Assembly (NCBI GenBank): GCA_001642005.1
Contig: LWCA01000051.1
Location: 1-64,000, forward strand
Direction: 5' to 3'
Origin: Intoshia linei
Lineage: Eukaryota; Animalia; Orthonectida
DNA length: 64,000 nt
In this document: one piece after another, positions 38,978-52,120 of the stretch
Layout: the number at the start of each line of letters is the position of its first letter
How positions within the stretch are numbered: position 1 is the first letter of the stretch
The notes under the pieces: generated by a model
Seen by the model: only the letters and a program-made list of their open reading frames with translations
What the model was told of the DNA's origin: nothing
Databases searched by the model: none
Program-made: the position numbers and the translations under genes

Positions 38978-41190
38978 TTAAAGGGGTTGTTCCTGCTCTT
39001 CAACCAAAATATCTTCTATTTTCTTTAATTCGATTATTTCGGCTTGAGTGACGGATGTTTGGCCAATGGCTTGCGAATCGGGTTGAATTGTTTGGGAATT
39101 TTTAGTGTTGCAATCAATTTCGGATTGTAAATCATGTGTTTCCCGGGTATTTATGCCATATTCATTAATATTAACGTTAAGTGACTCAACTTTGATATGA
39201 TTTTCGTTGTTTCTTCTACGACCTGATGAGTTACTACTACTATCGCTAGCATTGCTAGTAAGTTCGATTTCAATGGAATCTTTTTCCTCGTCAAAATTTG
39301 TCAAATCATTTGATTTATCCTGCACTTGCGTAGATTCTGGAACGTGGTTGCTAGTGTCCTCAGGATATTTGGCTTCAAGAAAATCATAACAAGTAGCAAG
39401 TTCAACATCCATATCGGGTTTTGTAACATGCTGTAAAACTCTGGTAGTAAATCTATTGTTTTTTTTCTCTTTCACTTCACCATCCGAAACAGGAATAACA
39501 TTTTCTTTTTTTTCAGTATTTACAAGCGGTGGAAAAGGTTCAAATAAAAACTCGTGATCAATATCTTCTACGTTTTGTAGCATATCCTCTGGTGAAATTG
39601 ATAAGCTGTCATTTGAGCAAGGGTTTGAATTTGAATCTTCTGCTATTTCGTCTTCAATAAACTGTTTCCTAATTAAAATTATATATAATCAATTCAAAAT
39701 TTACACGGAATTTACTCCACCACTGGGGTGACAAAAACTGTCCTCACTGTATCGTTTCAACAAAGAGCTATTAATTTTAGTGTATGTGACAATACTACCA
39801 GTTTCACGCATTTCTAAATTAAACATTAATACTAATAAAAATAAACCAACCATTGATGCAGTTCAATATAACTTGTCTTCGCTTATCTTCAACTTTTTTT
39901 ACCTCGATGTCAAATTTTGGAGCATTTTCAAATGCAACAATAATTAAAGTCATATTGTCTCTACTACCCTAAAATCATGTAACATGGTGAATGATTTAAA
40001 TTTACCCGGTGGAGACTGGTATTGAGGACATTTCGAATGATTGTTTTTAAATCGAAACCGCATTTCAATTGATAGGCAACATAGTCCGATACTTCACAAT
40101 TGGTCATAACATCCCAAATCTATGCAAAATATAAACAAATTAAAAAATCAAATACGCCATCGCATGCTAAAATGATGTATTCAATATCTGATGTGTTTTT
40201 TAGTGAATTGACGTCTGGTTCAGCCGAAACTATTTGTTCTGTGGCACTTATGTTAAACCCTGTTTTATAATCATAATCTCCAACTGCTCTCGAAACGGCT
40301 AACGAATAATTTACTCTACCACCCGCTACGACTCCTCCAGCCTTTTGGATTCGAGCACGTTCAGTAGTTGTTGTAGGTTTGTGATCTATTGTATAAAAAA
40401 TAGAACGATTCAGACCAAACGTGAACCCGTTGTCTTTATATTGTAATTCTCCTTCGGCTTGCCTTTTATAGTCTGGAGACGTAGTAAGTATTTCGTTTTC
40501 AAGGGAACAATCACCGGCAGTATTTTCTTTAAATTTATCTAGAAAATCGAATTTAGATTTGAGCAATGAGCTGTTATCAGCTAATTTAACAATCACACGA
40601 GAATCACCACAATTTGCAATAAATATGTCATTTTTTGTAACGAGAATACATATAACAGTTGATCCACTTCTATCTATACCAGAACTAAAATCTTTGTTTT
40701 GTCTCATCTCATCATCGAAAGATAGAAACCCCTTTTTGATGCATCTAGATACATCATCTTCAAAAGCGTCGAAAGCAGATTCTTTTCGGTAAGTATTCGA
40801 CGTAAAGTATTCAAAATCATTGCCTTCGACAGAATCATGTTCATCTTTTGAATTTTCAGATTCTGCTTTCGAGTTTGTTGTTTGCTGAGACGTGGTAGAC
40901 GACTGTTCTGGGGTTGTATAATTTTCATCAATTTTTGCTAACTTGAGATATAGGTATATATGTTTAAACAAATGCTTGGCGCAGTATTTCGACGCGGCTG
41001 CACCACCGTGACCATCAAAAACTGCAAAAAAACTCCACCCTGGATAACCTTCGATGGAAGTAAGAATGCAATAATCGTCTTCCATTGATAACCGCCACCC
41101 TTGCATAGAACAAGTGGCAAATGACATATTCATCGCATGCCCTACCTCCTCATGTTTGTCCAATTTTGGTGAGCTGAGGAAAGTACCCAT
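38978..41190 (-). CDS. PP2C phosphatase of PPM1A/1B type with acidic low-complexity C-terminal extension, multi-exon
   Basis: MGTFLSSPK (MG start as in PPM1A/B), SMQGWRLSMED, FFAVFDGHGG, ANCGDSR, DHKP, LAVSRAVGD, LACDG|IWDVM, GSRDNMT. A versus B paralog identity cannot be resolved. Confidence 0.92.
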
Positions 41191-42489
41191 AATTCTATGA
41201 AAATTTTAAATTTTTAATAACTATTCTTTCGTTGCAACAATGTACTTAATTTGAAAAAAACAATAAAAACACTATTAAATATTAAATGTAGTTTACTATT
41301 TTTGAGACGTTTCTCAAATAATGTGTGTTATCAAGTCACTATTGAAACAAAACAGTCTATGGTTTATATTGATTTACGTAAAATTGTATAAAACTTTAGT
41401 ACAAACTTGCTAATCTATAAAATTAACAATACTTTACAATGTCCACGTTTAGATTGTAGATATTCAGGTCACAAATTATTCTCTGCAGGTATTGGTAAAT
41501 TTAAGACTGCTTACTTTACTTTTGCAGATTTCTATTGAAATTTAAATGCTAATTCATAAAACGAAAGAACAATTAAAAATAGGTCAAAATTAAAATATTT
41601 TAAGTTGAAATAATAATCAAAAGTTTTGATTAGTTTATTTATTATTATTTTATTGTTTTTATTCAAAACTAATGCATGTAAGTGAACCGATACTGAGTCT
41701 GAAGTATTAAAGCTGAACCTACCATACCCGAGACCACCGAAAATGAAAAACAAACCCTACAAAAGTTATCGAACTGCGGGTGGCATATATTCCATATTCA
41801 CCTCTTGACTAGCGTGGACGTGACGTTTTAAATGTAACATTAAATTATAAAAAACTTTCCATGAATTTATTATTAGATGTTTATATAGAAAATATTTCAT
41901 CCTTTACTTACTTTACTTTAGTCTTTACTTTTTCCGAATTAATTTTCCATTGTGGTTGACACAACCTTTTCTGGTGGACTTATGAAATGTAAATATCAAA
42001 TACCAAGAAAAATTTTATATAAAAATGATGAAAATTTACAAACTGTATTTAATATCAAACGAAATATGATGTGGCTTACCGAAGAAGTTTTAAAAAACTA
42101 ACCAATTTTACTAGGATGGCTTTGTTGCCATTTCCATCCTATTATTTATCAGCATGATGGTTTAGTTTTGTTTTAGACTTACAAAACTGTTTGAACTAAC
42201 AAACAAAAGAAATAGTCACCAAATTTCAAAAATAAGAGATATACGATAAAAAGCTATCATTAGTACCTAATATTACGAAAATTTGTAACAATTTTCAGAC
42301 TCAATCACCTTATTAATTCTAAAAAATAAATACGTTATTATTGTTTTTATCATTATTTTATTATAAATTCGCTCAAATTTCGACAATAGCTTTCATTCTA
42401 ATTTATAACAAAATTATAGTTTTTGATAGAAAGTAATCATTGAATTAACAATAATTTTTTGTGAGTGAATTTTGTATGGCCTGTATTTA

Positions 42490-42945
42490 TTTATTGCGTT
42501 ATTGGTTTATTGCGTTATTGGTTTATTGCGTCAGTATTTTTCTTATTGATTTTTCAGTATTGTAGATAGTTTGTCAGTATAAATAATTGATTGTTAGTAT
42601 TTAAATTAGAAGGGCAGTAAAAAAAATTATTTTCTCAGTACTTTACATATACTGTCAGTATTTAAATTGAATGTTCTGTATAAAATGAAACTGACAAAAA
42701 ATTTTATTTCATAAAAAAATATTCTCTGGTATGAACACCATAGAACATTTATAATTTTTTTGTAATATGGTTTCGATAAATACTGATCTAATTAATATAC
42801 TAATTTACTGACAAAAATACAATTATGTATGACAAGAAAGCAATTAAAAACTGACAAATATGTAATTGAATACTGACAATTTAATGTTGAAAATACCGAA
42901 AATTTTTTATTAAAAAATGTCAGTATTTTAATTAATTACTCCCCA
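42490..42945. repeat. Quasi-palindromic element of TGTCAGTATT / AATACTGACA units with a short TATTGCGTTATTGGTT tandem; partial inverted copy at about 56440-56552
   Basis: Multiple CAGTA units in the left half and (T/A)ACTGA units in the right half. The TAATTACTCCCCA end matches TGGGGAGTAATTA at 56441. Confidence 0.6.
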
Positions 42946-44928
42946 TTTTTTTGTACTAGCCCCAAAAATTTGATCGTAACGGAAATTTTTTTCAGTGGGA
43001 CCTTGGATTTTTTTAAGAGTGAAAGTGTGGCCTATCATAAAAAAATGTTGGTAAACACTGGTTTACCCTTAAAAAAAGTTATACAATGGATAAATCAGTG
43101 GTTGGCGGTTTGGGGTACAAAAATATACGCCTTGGTATTCGTGAGATTCAAATAAAATATACAAAAATTTTATCAACTTTTTTTTAATTTTAGAATTTTT
43201 AATATTTATTACAAAGTTGTCAGATGTTGTGAATTTCCATTAAAACCAAGACGACTTTACATTATCTTTTCAAAAATCCCACCATTAATAAAATTTAATA
43301 AAAAATACACTTTAAAACCCTCAGGGAAAAATCACCTTTTTTCAATCTTGTTTTTAAAAACACGAATTTACCAAATCTTATGAAAAAAACCTTTAATTTT
43401 TTTATATTCCCTTTGAGGTCAAAAAAAATAATTATTTTAAAATGGTGGTCTGTACACTATTTAAATCGATAACCACTGGGATAGATGAATCAAAAAATTT
43501 GAATATTATTAGAAAAATATCAGAATATTAGAAACTGAACGAGAAATGTTTTAATTAGTGGGAAGCGCGCGTCAATTTAAATAATTTCTAACAAACACAA
43601 AGGTAAACCCAGTCCCATTAGTTAATAAATAAAAGTAATCAATACTAAATAGATCAACAAGATAACATTAATACGATATCACATTAAATATGGCTGTTTG
43701 AATAGTATTCGCCTTAAAACCAACCAAAGTGACGGCGAAACAATTAGATTAAAAATTTGACGAATCAATTTGAAAAATTTTTAATGGCTTATTTTAATTT
43801 TTTAACCATTACCTTCTATATTTTCAGTTCTGCCAACTACAAGTATCAAAACTTAAATTATTAGAAAATGATAAATCATTGACACTTTAAATTAAATTGA
43901 AAATAGAATAAATATCAAATTCGTTGCTTTTAAATTATGTAATGCAGCACTTTACATCAGTCTTAATAATATTATTATACTTATCCCCATAACAAAAATA
44001 AACTTTAATAAAACACCATTTTTAATTCTCATAATGAAAGGTTCAAAAAAACAAGTGAAAGTCGATCTATGTTGATCCTTGACGGGACCAATTAAAAATG
44101 TTTGGCGAACCTTTGCATAGAGTGAATAAGGTTATATCAACCCAAAATTATAATGAATCATTATAAATGATGTATTTTATCGAGAAAGATGTGCATGGGT
44201 GCCAAAGGGTAGATTAAAACTTGACACATTTAAGTATAAAACTAAAAAAATTTATTGTGACTCATATAATTTTCTATAAGATCCCAATTTTATGTTTACC
44301 TAACGATCCCTCCAACACCCTGTTAAAGTGAAAGTCGATTCGTATTTTGAATCGATTCTAATCCTTAATTGTGATCTCAATCGGAGTGGAGTTCTGGAAA
44401 TAGAACTGATTGCGTTAGGAAATTACTTGAATTTATAAATTTTCTGATCATAGGCCATTGAGTTAATTGGCCTAAAATCAGTCCATTCATTTGAATAACC
44501 ATTGTTGAACCTGCAGATACATACTTTTAATTAATGCAATCGAATTTAGTGAATTTCTATTTGGAAAAGAAAACTATTTTATATAAAAACAAGGCTATGG
44601 ATAATGTGTCAATAATATCTTTAGTAGATTGGAAATTGAACTTTCTGAATAAAAGTAGCATCAGGAATGACACGTTTATAAAATTATGCAAAATTTTCTA
44701 CAATTTCCTAAAACATTTTCAGTATTTTTTAAATTTACAAATTGGAAACGTTAAAATCTACATACGATACCGCGTATAAAACCATCGGGCATAATGTGAC
44801 CCTTTAATTGTTTGGAATTGATGAGGGAGTAAATGTTAATTGCTTCAATTTCTCAAAATAACAAAACAAAACTCTCATCCGTTTCCAATTTGTTTATTTT
44901 TGTGATCCTTTACAATTTTATTGTAGCG

Positions 44929-45098
44929 CAGGGGTTCCCACACTTTTTTCACGGTGGACCAGTAATACATTATAAATTATATCTCGGACCATTAAAGCGA
45001 AATTACTAGGTGACACTAAAAAAATTTTGATAAAAAACGTCATCAATTAACTTGTTATTAGTAAAAATTTTTCACGGACCGGCATTTGGGAAACGCTG
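44929..45098. mobile_element. Short hAT/Charlie-like MITE
   Basis: Ends CAGGGGTTCCCA / TGGGAAACGCTG. TSD TTGTAGCG / GTGTAGCG. Confidence 0.8.
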
Positions 45099-45816
45099 GT
45101 GTAGCGTAAATCAAACAAATTTTTTGAATCTGATATTTTCTTATTTTTTTCAAATTCACCTAATTAAAATCTGTTTAGAAATGGATGAATTATTTTTACA
45201 TTAGAATGCTAAAATAAAGTTAAACCTTTCTAATAAACCAGTTTTTAAACTATACATGTCCTTGTACTGCAAAATGAGAAAATGGAAATGAAATTCTAAA
45301 TTTTGTTTCATCAATGCAATACATATTATAATTCAAAATTTTAAAAAAATGAGACGCACCAAATTATCGAAATGATATTTAGATTAAATTTTACACATTG
45401 TTGCAACAAAAAATAAAATATATAAACTAAATAGGAAAATGAATTTTTATAAATTAAAAATTACTTTCGAAACAAGCTTCTAATAGAAAACATTGATTTA
45501 AATTTTAAAATTAAATTAAAAAAGCAAGTGATATATCGCAAATTGAAAATATAAGTGTACAAATAGAAATGCATTAGATAAATGAGTCATTGCTGAGTCA
45601 TCATACTTTTCTAACACAATTGTTTTGACAAATAGAACAAATGAAATTTAAATGAAATTACCTGCAATTAATAAGCTATATTCATAAAACGATAAAATGG
45701 AAATAAAACTAATCAAATAATTGTGTCCACTGCAATTTATAAAATGTAGTAAACATTGTTGTAATATTGCATCACCGTGTTACACAAATAAAGTCAACTT
45801 TAATTATTTAAAATAA

Positions 45817-48800
45817 ATGTATGACTGGAAAAAGTTTTATCGTTTAATTGCAACAAAAAATTCCGTTAACGATGAAACATTGGCGAAATTGTATGGCTTG
45901 ATAAAAAAATATATCGGTTAGTTGAATCGAAAATAAAATTAGTCCTTTTTAGATGACCAAAACTCGAATAATGTGGATAAAATTGACAGTATGTCAGAAT
46001 CGATCGAACAAGCAGTAATGTCCATATTTGTCTTATTAGTAGAAAGTAATAACCCGAAACGACAGCACGTTTCAACGATAAATAGAATGTTTGGTTTAGA
46101 ATTGAACTGGGAAAAACTTGATTTGATTTTTGAAATGGTTTTTGAAATGCAGCTATGTATGGATTCCGAGTGTAAAGAAAAATTGTTGAGAGGTGAATTT
46201 ACATTGTCTAGCAATGGGGATGATGATTTTTACATTGACGACGAGGAGGATTTTGGAATATATCGAAATTTACCAGATTATTTTTACGATGTAAGTAAGT
46301 TTCAAGATCATAAAGTATTGAAGAAAAGTGAAAGAATTACTTTTATGAACCATGTTAACTTATTCATGGCTGGAACTTGGATTTCCTCTAAACTTAAAGA
46401 TCATACTTCTGAAATATCTGTGCACTTGTCTAATGATGAAATGGGCAGTATAATATTTGATAAATTCATTAGTAACGATTCCAATAACACAATTCAGAAT
46501 GATTTGGTTGATTTACTAGGATTTGACTGTTTAGATCTCATTGAAATTTTACTTGATAATAGGGATTTTGTTATTATGCGTAGCAAAATGCATGAAACTG
46601 ACATTGATCTGAAAAAATTGAAATCTACCCTTCCACCAGATAAATATTATAAATGTATAGTTCTTCATTCAGCAATTCTAAGAGAAAATAAAAATAAAGC
46701 CAAAATTACAAAATGTGTGCAAATTCCGATAGAGGTTTTAACTGAGTATGTGAAATACCCCAACGTTTACGATTCTTTCCAAACTGCTGTGTCTTTTGGT
46801 AAACGCAAAGCTCTGCCTAGTAATACTAGATATACTAAAACTGCAGAATATGAATCCATCATGGTTCCAGAAACTGAAAGGTCAAAATTAAACCTCGACA
46901 TTTCTCCCATTCATGTTCAGGGTTTGGACAAAATTGGACAAACCGTGTTTACAAATATTAATAAATTTAATTTGGTCCAATCGATCGTGTTCCCCATCGC
47001 GTACAACCACGACGACAACTTATTAGTTGCTGCTCCAACCGGTGCAGGGAAAACTAACATTGCTTTGATGACTATAGTCAGAACAATTAAAAAATTTACT
47101 GAAAATGGAGAAATTGATATCAACAAATTCAAAATCGTGTACATTGCCCCCATGAAAGCTCTAGCCACGGAAATTACTCGGAAATTGGCGGTACCTTTAA
47201 AATCCCTTGGTGTTAATGTGAAAGAATATACTGGTGACATGCGTTTAACAAAAACAGAAATTAAAAATACTCAAATTTTTGTATCAACTCCAGAAAAATG
47301 GGACATTATTACTAGGAAAAATAACAACGAAGTTCCCTTGTCCGACATTCTGGCTCTACTCATTTTAGACGAAATTCATTTGTTAAATGACGAACGAGGA
47401 TCGGTAATTGAAAGCATTGTGGCTCGAACTTTACGTCAAGTCGTAACTTCTCAAAAGCAGATTAGATTGGTCGGGTTATCTGCGACTTTACCCAATTATC
47501 TCGACATTGCTGCATTTCTCAAAGTTGATTATTTTAAGGGTTTATTCTATTTCGATGAACGGTTCAGACCAGTTCCGTTGAACAAAACATTTATCGGGGT
47601 TAGATCTACATTTTCCAATAACTGTAGAATTGCAATGAATCAAATTTGCACGGAAAAAGCGGCGGAAATTTTGGAACGTGACGAGCAAATAATTGTTTTT
47701 GTTCATAGCCGCAATGAAACGGTTAACACGGCAAATTTTATACTTGAAGAATTGGAGAGAAATCATGTCGGGATATATCACAAATTACACGCACACACGA
47801 AACATATATCGTATCGTTTAAAAAATTCTTCCAATGAAGACATTAAAAATTTATGTCATTCGGGTATTTTATTCCACAACGCTTCTCTTTTAAGGGAAGA
47901 TCGATTGGTCGTAGAAAACGAGTTCAAGAAAGGTTCCATCAGACTTTTAGTTAGTACTGCAACTCTAGCGTGGGGTGTTAATTTACCATGCCACGCTGTT
48001 ATTATTAAAGGAACTTTTATTTACGATGTCGACAAATCCAAATATGTTGACATTTCTCAGCTAGATGTAACTCAAATTTTCGGACGAGCCGGTAGGCCTC
48101 AATTTGATACTTACGGTGAAGCGTTTATTATTACGGAACACGCCAAAATGCAAAACTATGTGGATATGCTTTTGAGCAGTACACCAATTGAAAGCAGGTT
48201 TTTGACGCGATTAAACGAAAATTTAAACGCCGAAATTGTACTTGGGACCATTACAAAAGTAGAGGAAGCCATCGAATGGATGCAATACACCTTTATGAGC
48301 ATACGAATGAAACAAAACCCTCATTACTATGGAATAAAACACGTTGATGTATCTGAAAAAGATGTTTTAGAAAATGAAATGCGAAACATGATTTTGGTTG
48401 CTTGTAAATATTTAGATAAAGCTCAAATGATTAGATTCAAAGTTAAGCCCGGTTTTCTTTGTTCAACGGAAATTGGACAAATTGCAGCTCATCACTATCT
48501 AAGTTGTGATACTGTAGTGCATTTTAATAAACAACTGAAACCAAAAATGGATGATTTATCCATTATTTTACTTATCAGTGGATCCTCTGAAATGCTACAA
48601 TTGAACCCTCGTTTTGAAGAACAAGAAGAATTATTTTCTCTTAACAATCGAGTTTCTTATCCTATACAACTGGAAACATCTACAGAATCTGATATCCCCA
48701 GGAATAAAAACAATAGACCTTCTCGAAGACTTAAAAAATCTAAAACCATAATAGACAACGCTACAATGAAATCAGGCATACTTTTGCAAGTCTATTTGGA

Positions 48801-51800
48801 ACATTTACATGTTGGTATTCCATCTCTGTCATCAGATTTGCGATACATTAATAAAAATGTAAGTCGAATTGTTGGTGCATTGTTTAAATTAGTTTTGTAT
48901 AGAGGTTATGCATATATGGTTGACAAAATTTTAAAATTTTGCAAAACTTTTCAGTACAAGTGGTGGTATTTTCATCATCCTTTATACCAATTCCCAAAAG
49001 TGTTGAGTGATCGGATCGTTTATAATCTAGAAAGATATCGATTAAGCGTGGATAAAATTAAGGAAATGATGCCTTCTGAAATTGGAAATATCATAAAAAG
49101 CAATCCAATGGGTGCTACTGTTAAAAGTTTAGCCTGTTGTTTACCAAAATTGGATATTGAAGTTGTTGTTAAACCAGTATCCAGTACAATATTGAGAATT
49201 TTGCTGTTCATCAAACCCGATTTCGTATGGTCTCGCTATCACAATAAAAACGGAGAATCGTTTATTGTTTATATTGTAGATCCGTTAACGTTGCAAATTT
49301 ATCATTATGAGTACATTCACTTTAATCATAAGATGATGGACCGTGAGGAACCTACACAGCTTAATTTTTGTATCCCTATTTTTACTCCTTACCCAACACA
49401 ATACTTTGTTTATTGTGCTTCAGAAAACTGGATATGTGATGATACCATTGTGCCAATAAATATAAGTAATTTAATGCTACCGACACAATACGAAGAGCAC
49501 ACTGAACTACTTGATTTAAATCCGCTGCCCATTGAATCTTTGGGTAATCTTCATTATCAGAATATATACAATTTTACCCACTTTAACCCCATTCAAACTC
49601 AATTTTTTTTCTGTTTATACCACACTGATAAGAATGTCCTTGTTGGAGCTCCAACTGGGTCAGGAAAAACAGTAGCTGCTGAATTGGCCGTTTTAAACCT
49701 TTTCAATACAGATTTTTCCAATTCTGAAACCAAACGACCGTTATCTGTTTACATAGCCCCTTTAAAAGCGTTGGTTAGAGAACGATTTCAAAATTGGCGA
49801 GAAAGGATTGGAAAAAATTTAGGGAAAAATGTTATTGAATTAACGGGTGACGTCAGTCAGGACAGTTTTACCATCAATAGAGCAGACGTAATTATTACTA
49901 CACCCGAAAAATGGGACGGAATTACCAGAGGTTGGAAAACCAGGAGTTATGTTAGACGGGTGAAACTTATCATTATTGATGAAATTCATTTATTGGGAGA
50001 AGAGAGGGGCCCCGTTATAGAATTTATCGTTTCCAGAGCAAATTACATTGCATCTCAATTATCTACGAGTGTAAGAATAGTTGGATTGTCGACCGCTCTT
50101 TCGAATGCAAAAGATTTGGCAAATTGGTTGCAAATAAGTGACTTTGGTTTGTATAATTTCAGACCGTCTGTGCGACCCATACCTTTAGAGGTGCACATTC
50201 AAGGGTTTCCAGGAAGGCATTATTGCCCTCGAATGGCTACAATGAACAGACCGTGTTATCGGGCTATAGAAACTCATAGTCCAAATAAATCAGTCATTGT
50301 GTTTGTGTCCAGTCGAAGACAAACCAGAATAACTGCGTTTGATTTAATTGCGTATGTGGCCTCTGAAAAAAATTCCAAAAAATGGGTAAAAATGGATGAA
50401 CAAGAAAAGCAGAATATCACGTCTACTATATCGAATAACGATTTAAAACAAACAATTATTTGGGGCGTAGGGCTTCATCATGCTGGTCTATGTGACTCCG
50501 ACAGAAAGACAACAGAGCGATTATTTTTAGAAAGAAAAATTCAGATTCTGATTGCAACCAGCACTCTCGCTTGGGGTATAAATATGCCCTGTCATTTAGT
50601 GATAATTAAAGGAACTGAATTTTATGACGGAAAAACGCACACTTATGTAGATTTTCCGATTACTGACGTTCTACAAATGATTGGTAGAGCTGGTCGACCT
50701 CAGTTCGATGAACGAGGTTATGCTGTGATAATGGTTCAGGATCTAAAAAAAGATTTTTATAAGAAATTTTTATATCTACCCTTTCCAGTGGAATCTAGCG
50801 TTCCTTCTGTGCTAGAAGACCACCTTAATGCTGAAATCGCTTCTAGTTCAATAACAAATTACGATGAAGCTTTAAAATATCTGACTATGACATTTTTTTA
50901 TCAGAGATTGTTACAAAATCCCGGCTATTACGGTGCAAAATCAAAAAAAACTACTGAAGTACACGCGTATATTTGTACATTGATTATAAAAAAAATTAAC
51001 ATGCTGATTGAAAGCGGGTGCGTGCAAACGGTCAGTTTGCAAGATAAATCCTTTGACAACAATTTTCCTGTTCCAGGCACCAAAATTGATAAAACTAAAA
51101 CTCTGACAAGCTTATTTAACGTGTGTGGACAAACTAAATTGAAATGTACTGAACTAGGTAGAATAGCATGCGTTTATTACATTAGTCATATTACTGTATC
51201 GTTTTTCAATAAATCGTTATCGTCAGAATCTTCAATCAAAAGTCTTTTGAAGATTCTATGTTATGCTGACGAATTTTCTCTTATGCCGATTCGACACAAT
51301 GAAGAAATATTAAACAAAAATCTTTCGGATAACGTCCGATATCCTATTCTAGAATCTGAATGTGATTCTCCCTACGCGAAAACATTTTTATTGATCCAAT
51401 CTCATTTTTCTGATTTGTCCTTTGAAGTATCAGACTACAAAACCGATTTAAAATCAGTTTTAGATCAAATCCACAGAATACTACAGGCTTTAATGGACAT
51501 TTGCTCACTCAAACAATTTGCCGGTACATTTATTAATTTGTGTTTTATTTCTCAAATGATTATTACTGGTCAATGGATTGACGATCCTCAATGTTTTCAA
51601 ATTGATAAAACCAGAAAACTATCTAAGCAGACTGAATTAGTCTCAGTTTTAAAGACTATGGACAAAAATTCTGTGGATTATATAAACAGGTATTTTGATC
51701 ATATACCAAATCACCTTAAAAATTCAGCCATAAAATTTGTAAATACTATTCCCCGGCTGAACGTTGAAGTTTACCTTGCTCATAAAAGATTGAATCTGAA

Positions 51801-52098
51801 CCAAGTGAATATTATATCTTTTAATAATGATGTGATAATTACCATTAAAATGAAATATTTAACAATCGTAAAATCTAACGACAAAAAAATGATATTTTTG
51901 GCTTTAGTAGAACCAGTCACTGATCTACTCATTTGTACCAAACGGGTAATGTTTAAAAACGAAAACAGGGTTGAAAGGATGACGGTTAAAATTCCAAACC
52001 AAATGTATATGGACAGAAACGTTTCTCTCAATCTCAACATCCTACACAATAATTTTATTGGATTGGATCAAATGTATTCCATTAATTTAAAATTCTAA
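45817..52098 (+). CDS. ASCC3: ASC-1 complex subunit 3, tandem Ski2-like helicase with Sec63 domains; one 36-nt intron (45917-45952) then a 6.1-kb exon
   Basis: Two helicase cassettes: APTGAGKT/DEIH/GLSAT/QIFGRAGRPQFD and APTGSGKT/DEIH/QMIGRAGRPQFD. PGRHYCPRMATMNRP is ASCC3-type rather than BRR2-type. The upstream exon MYDWKKFYRL...KKYI joins in phase. Confidence 0.93.
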
Positions 52099-52120
52099 TG
52101 TAAATTGTGTACAAAATAAA

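Noticed and set aside
40120-40155. PP2C intron whose read-through (DG-VFDFL) mimics the spliced motif (DG-IWDVM), suggesting intron birth by duplication
   Set aside because: Nucleotide similarity is slight and there is no AGGT duplication signature. Probably coincidence.
45973-52098. Calling the helicase BRR2/SNRNP200 because it neighbours PRPF31, which would imply a spliceosomal gene cluster
   Set aside because: HYCPRMATMNRP and KKFLYLPFPVES are ASCC3-type. The GTG start in the track is an artefact of the upstream intron.
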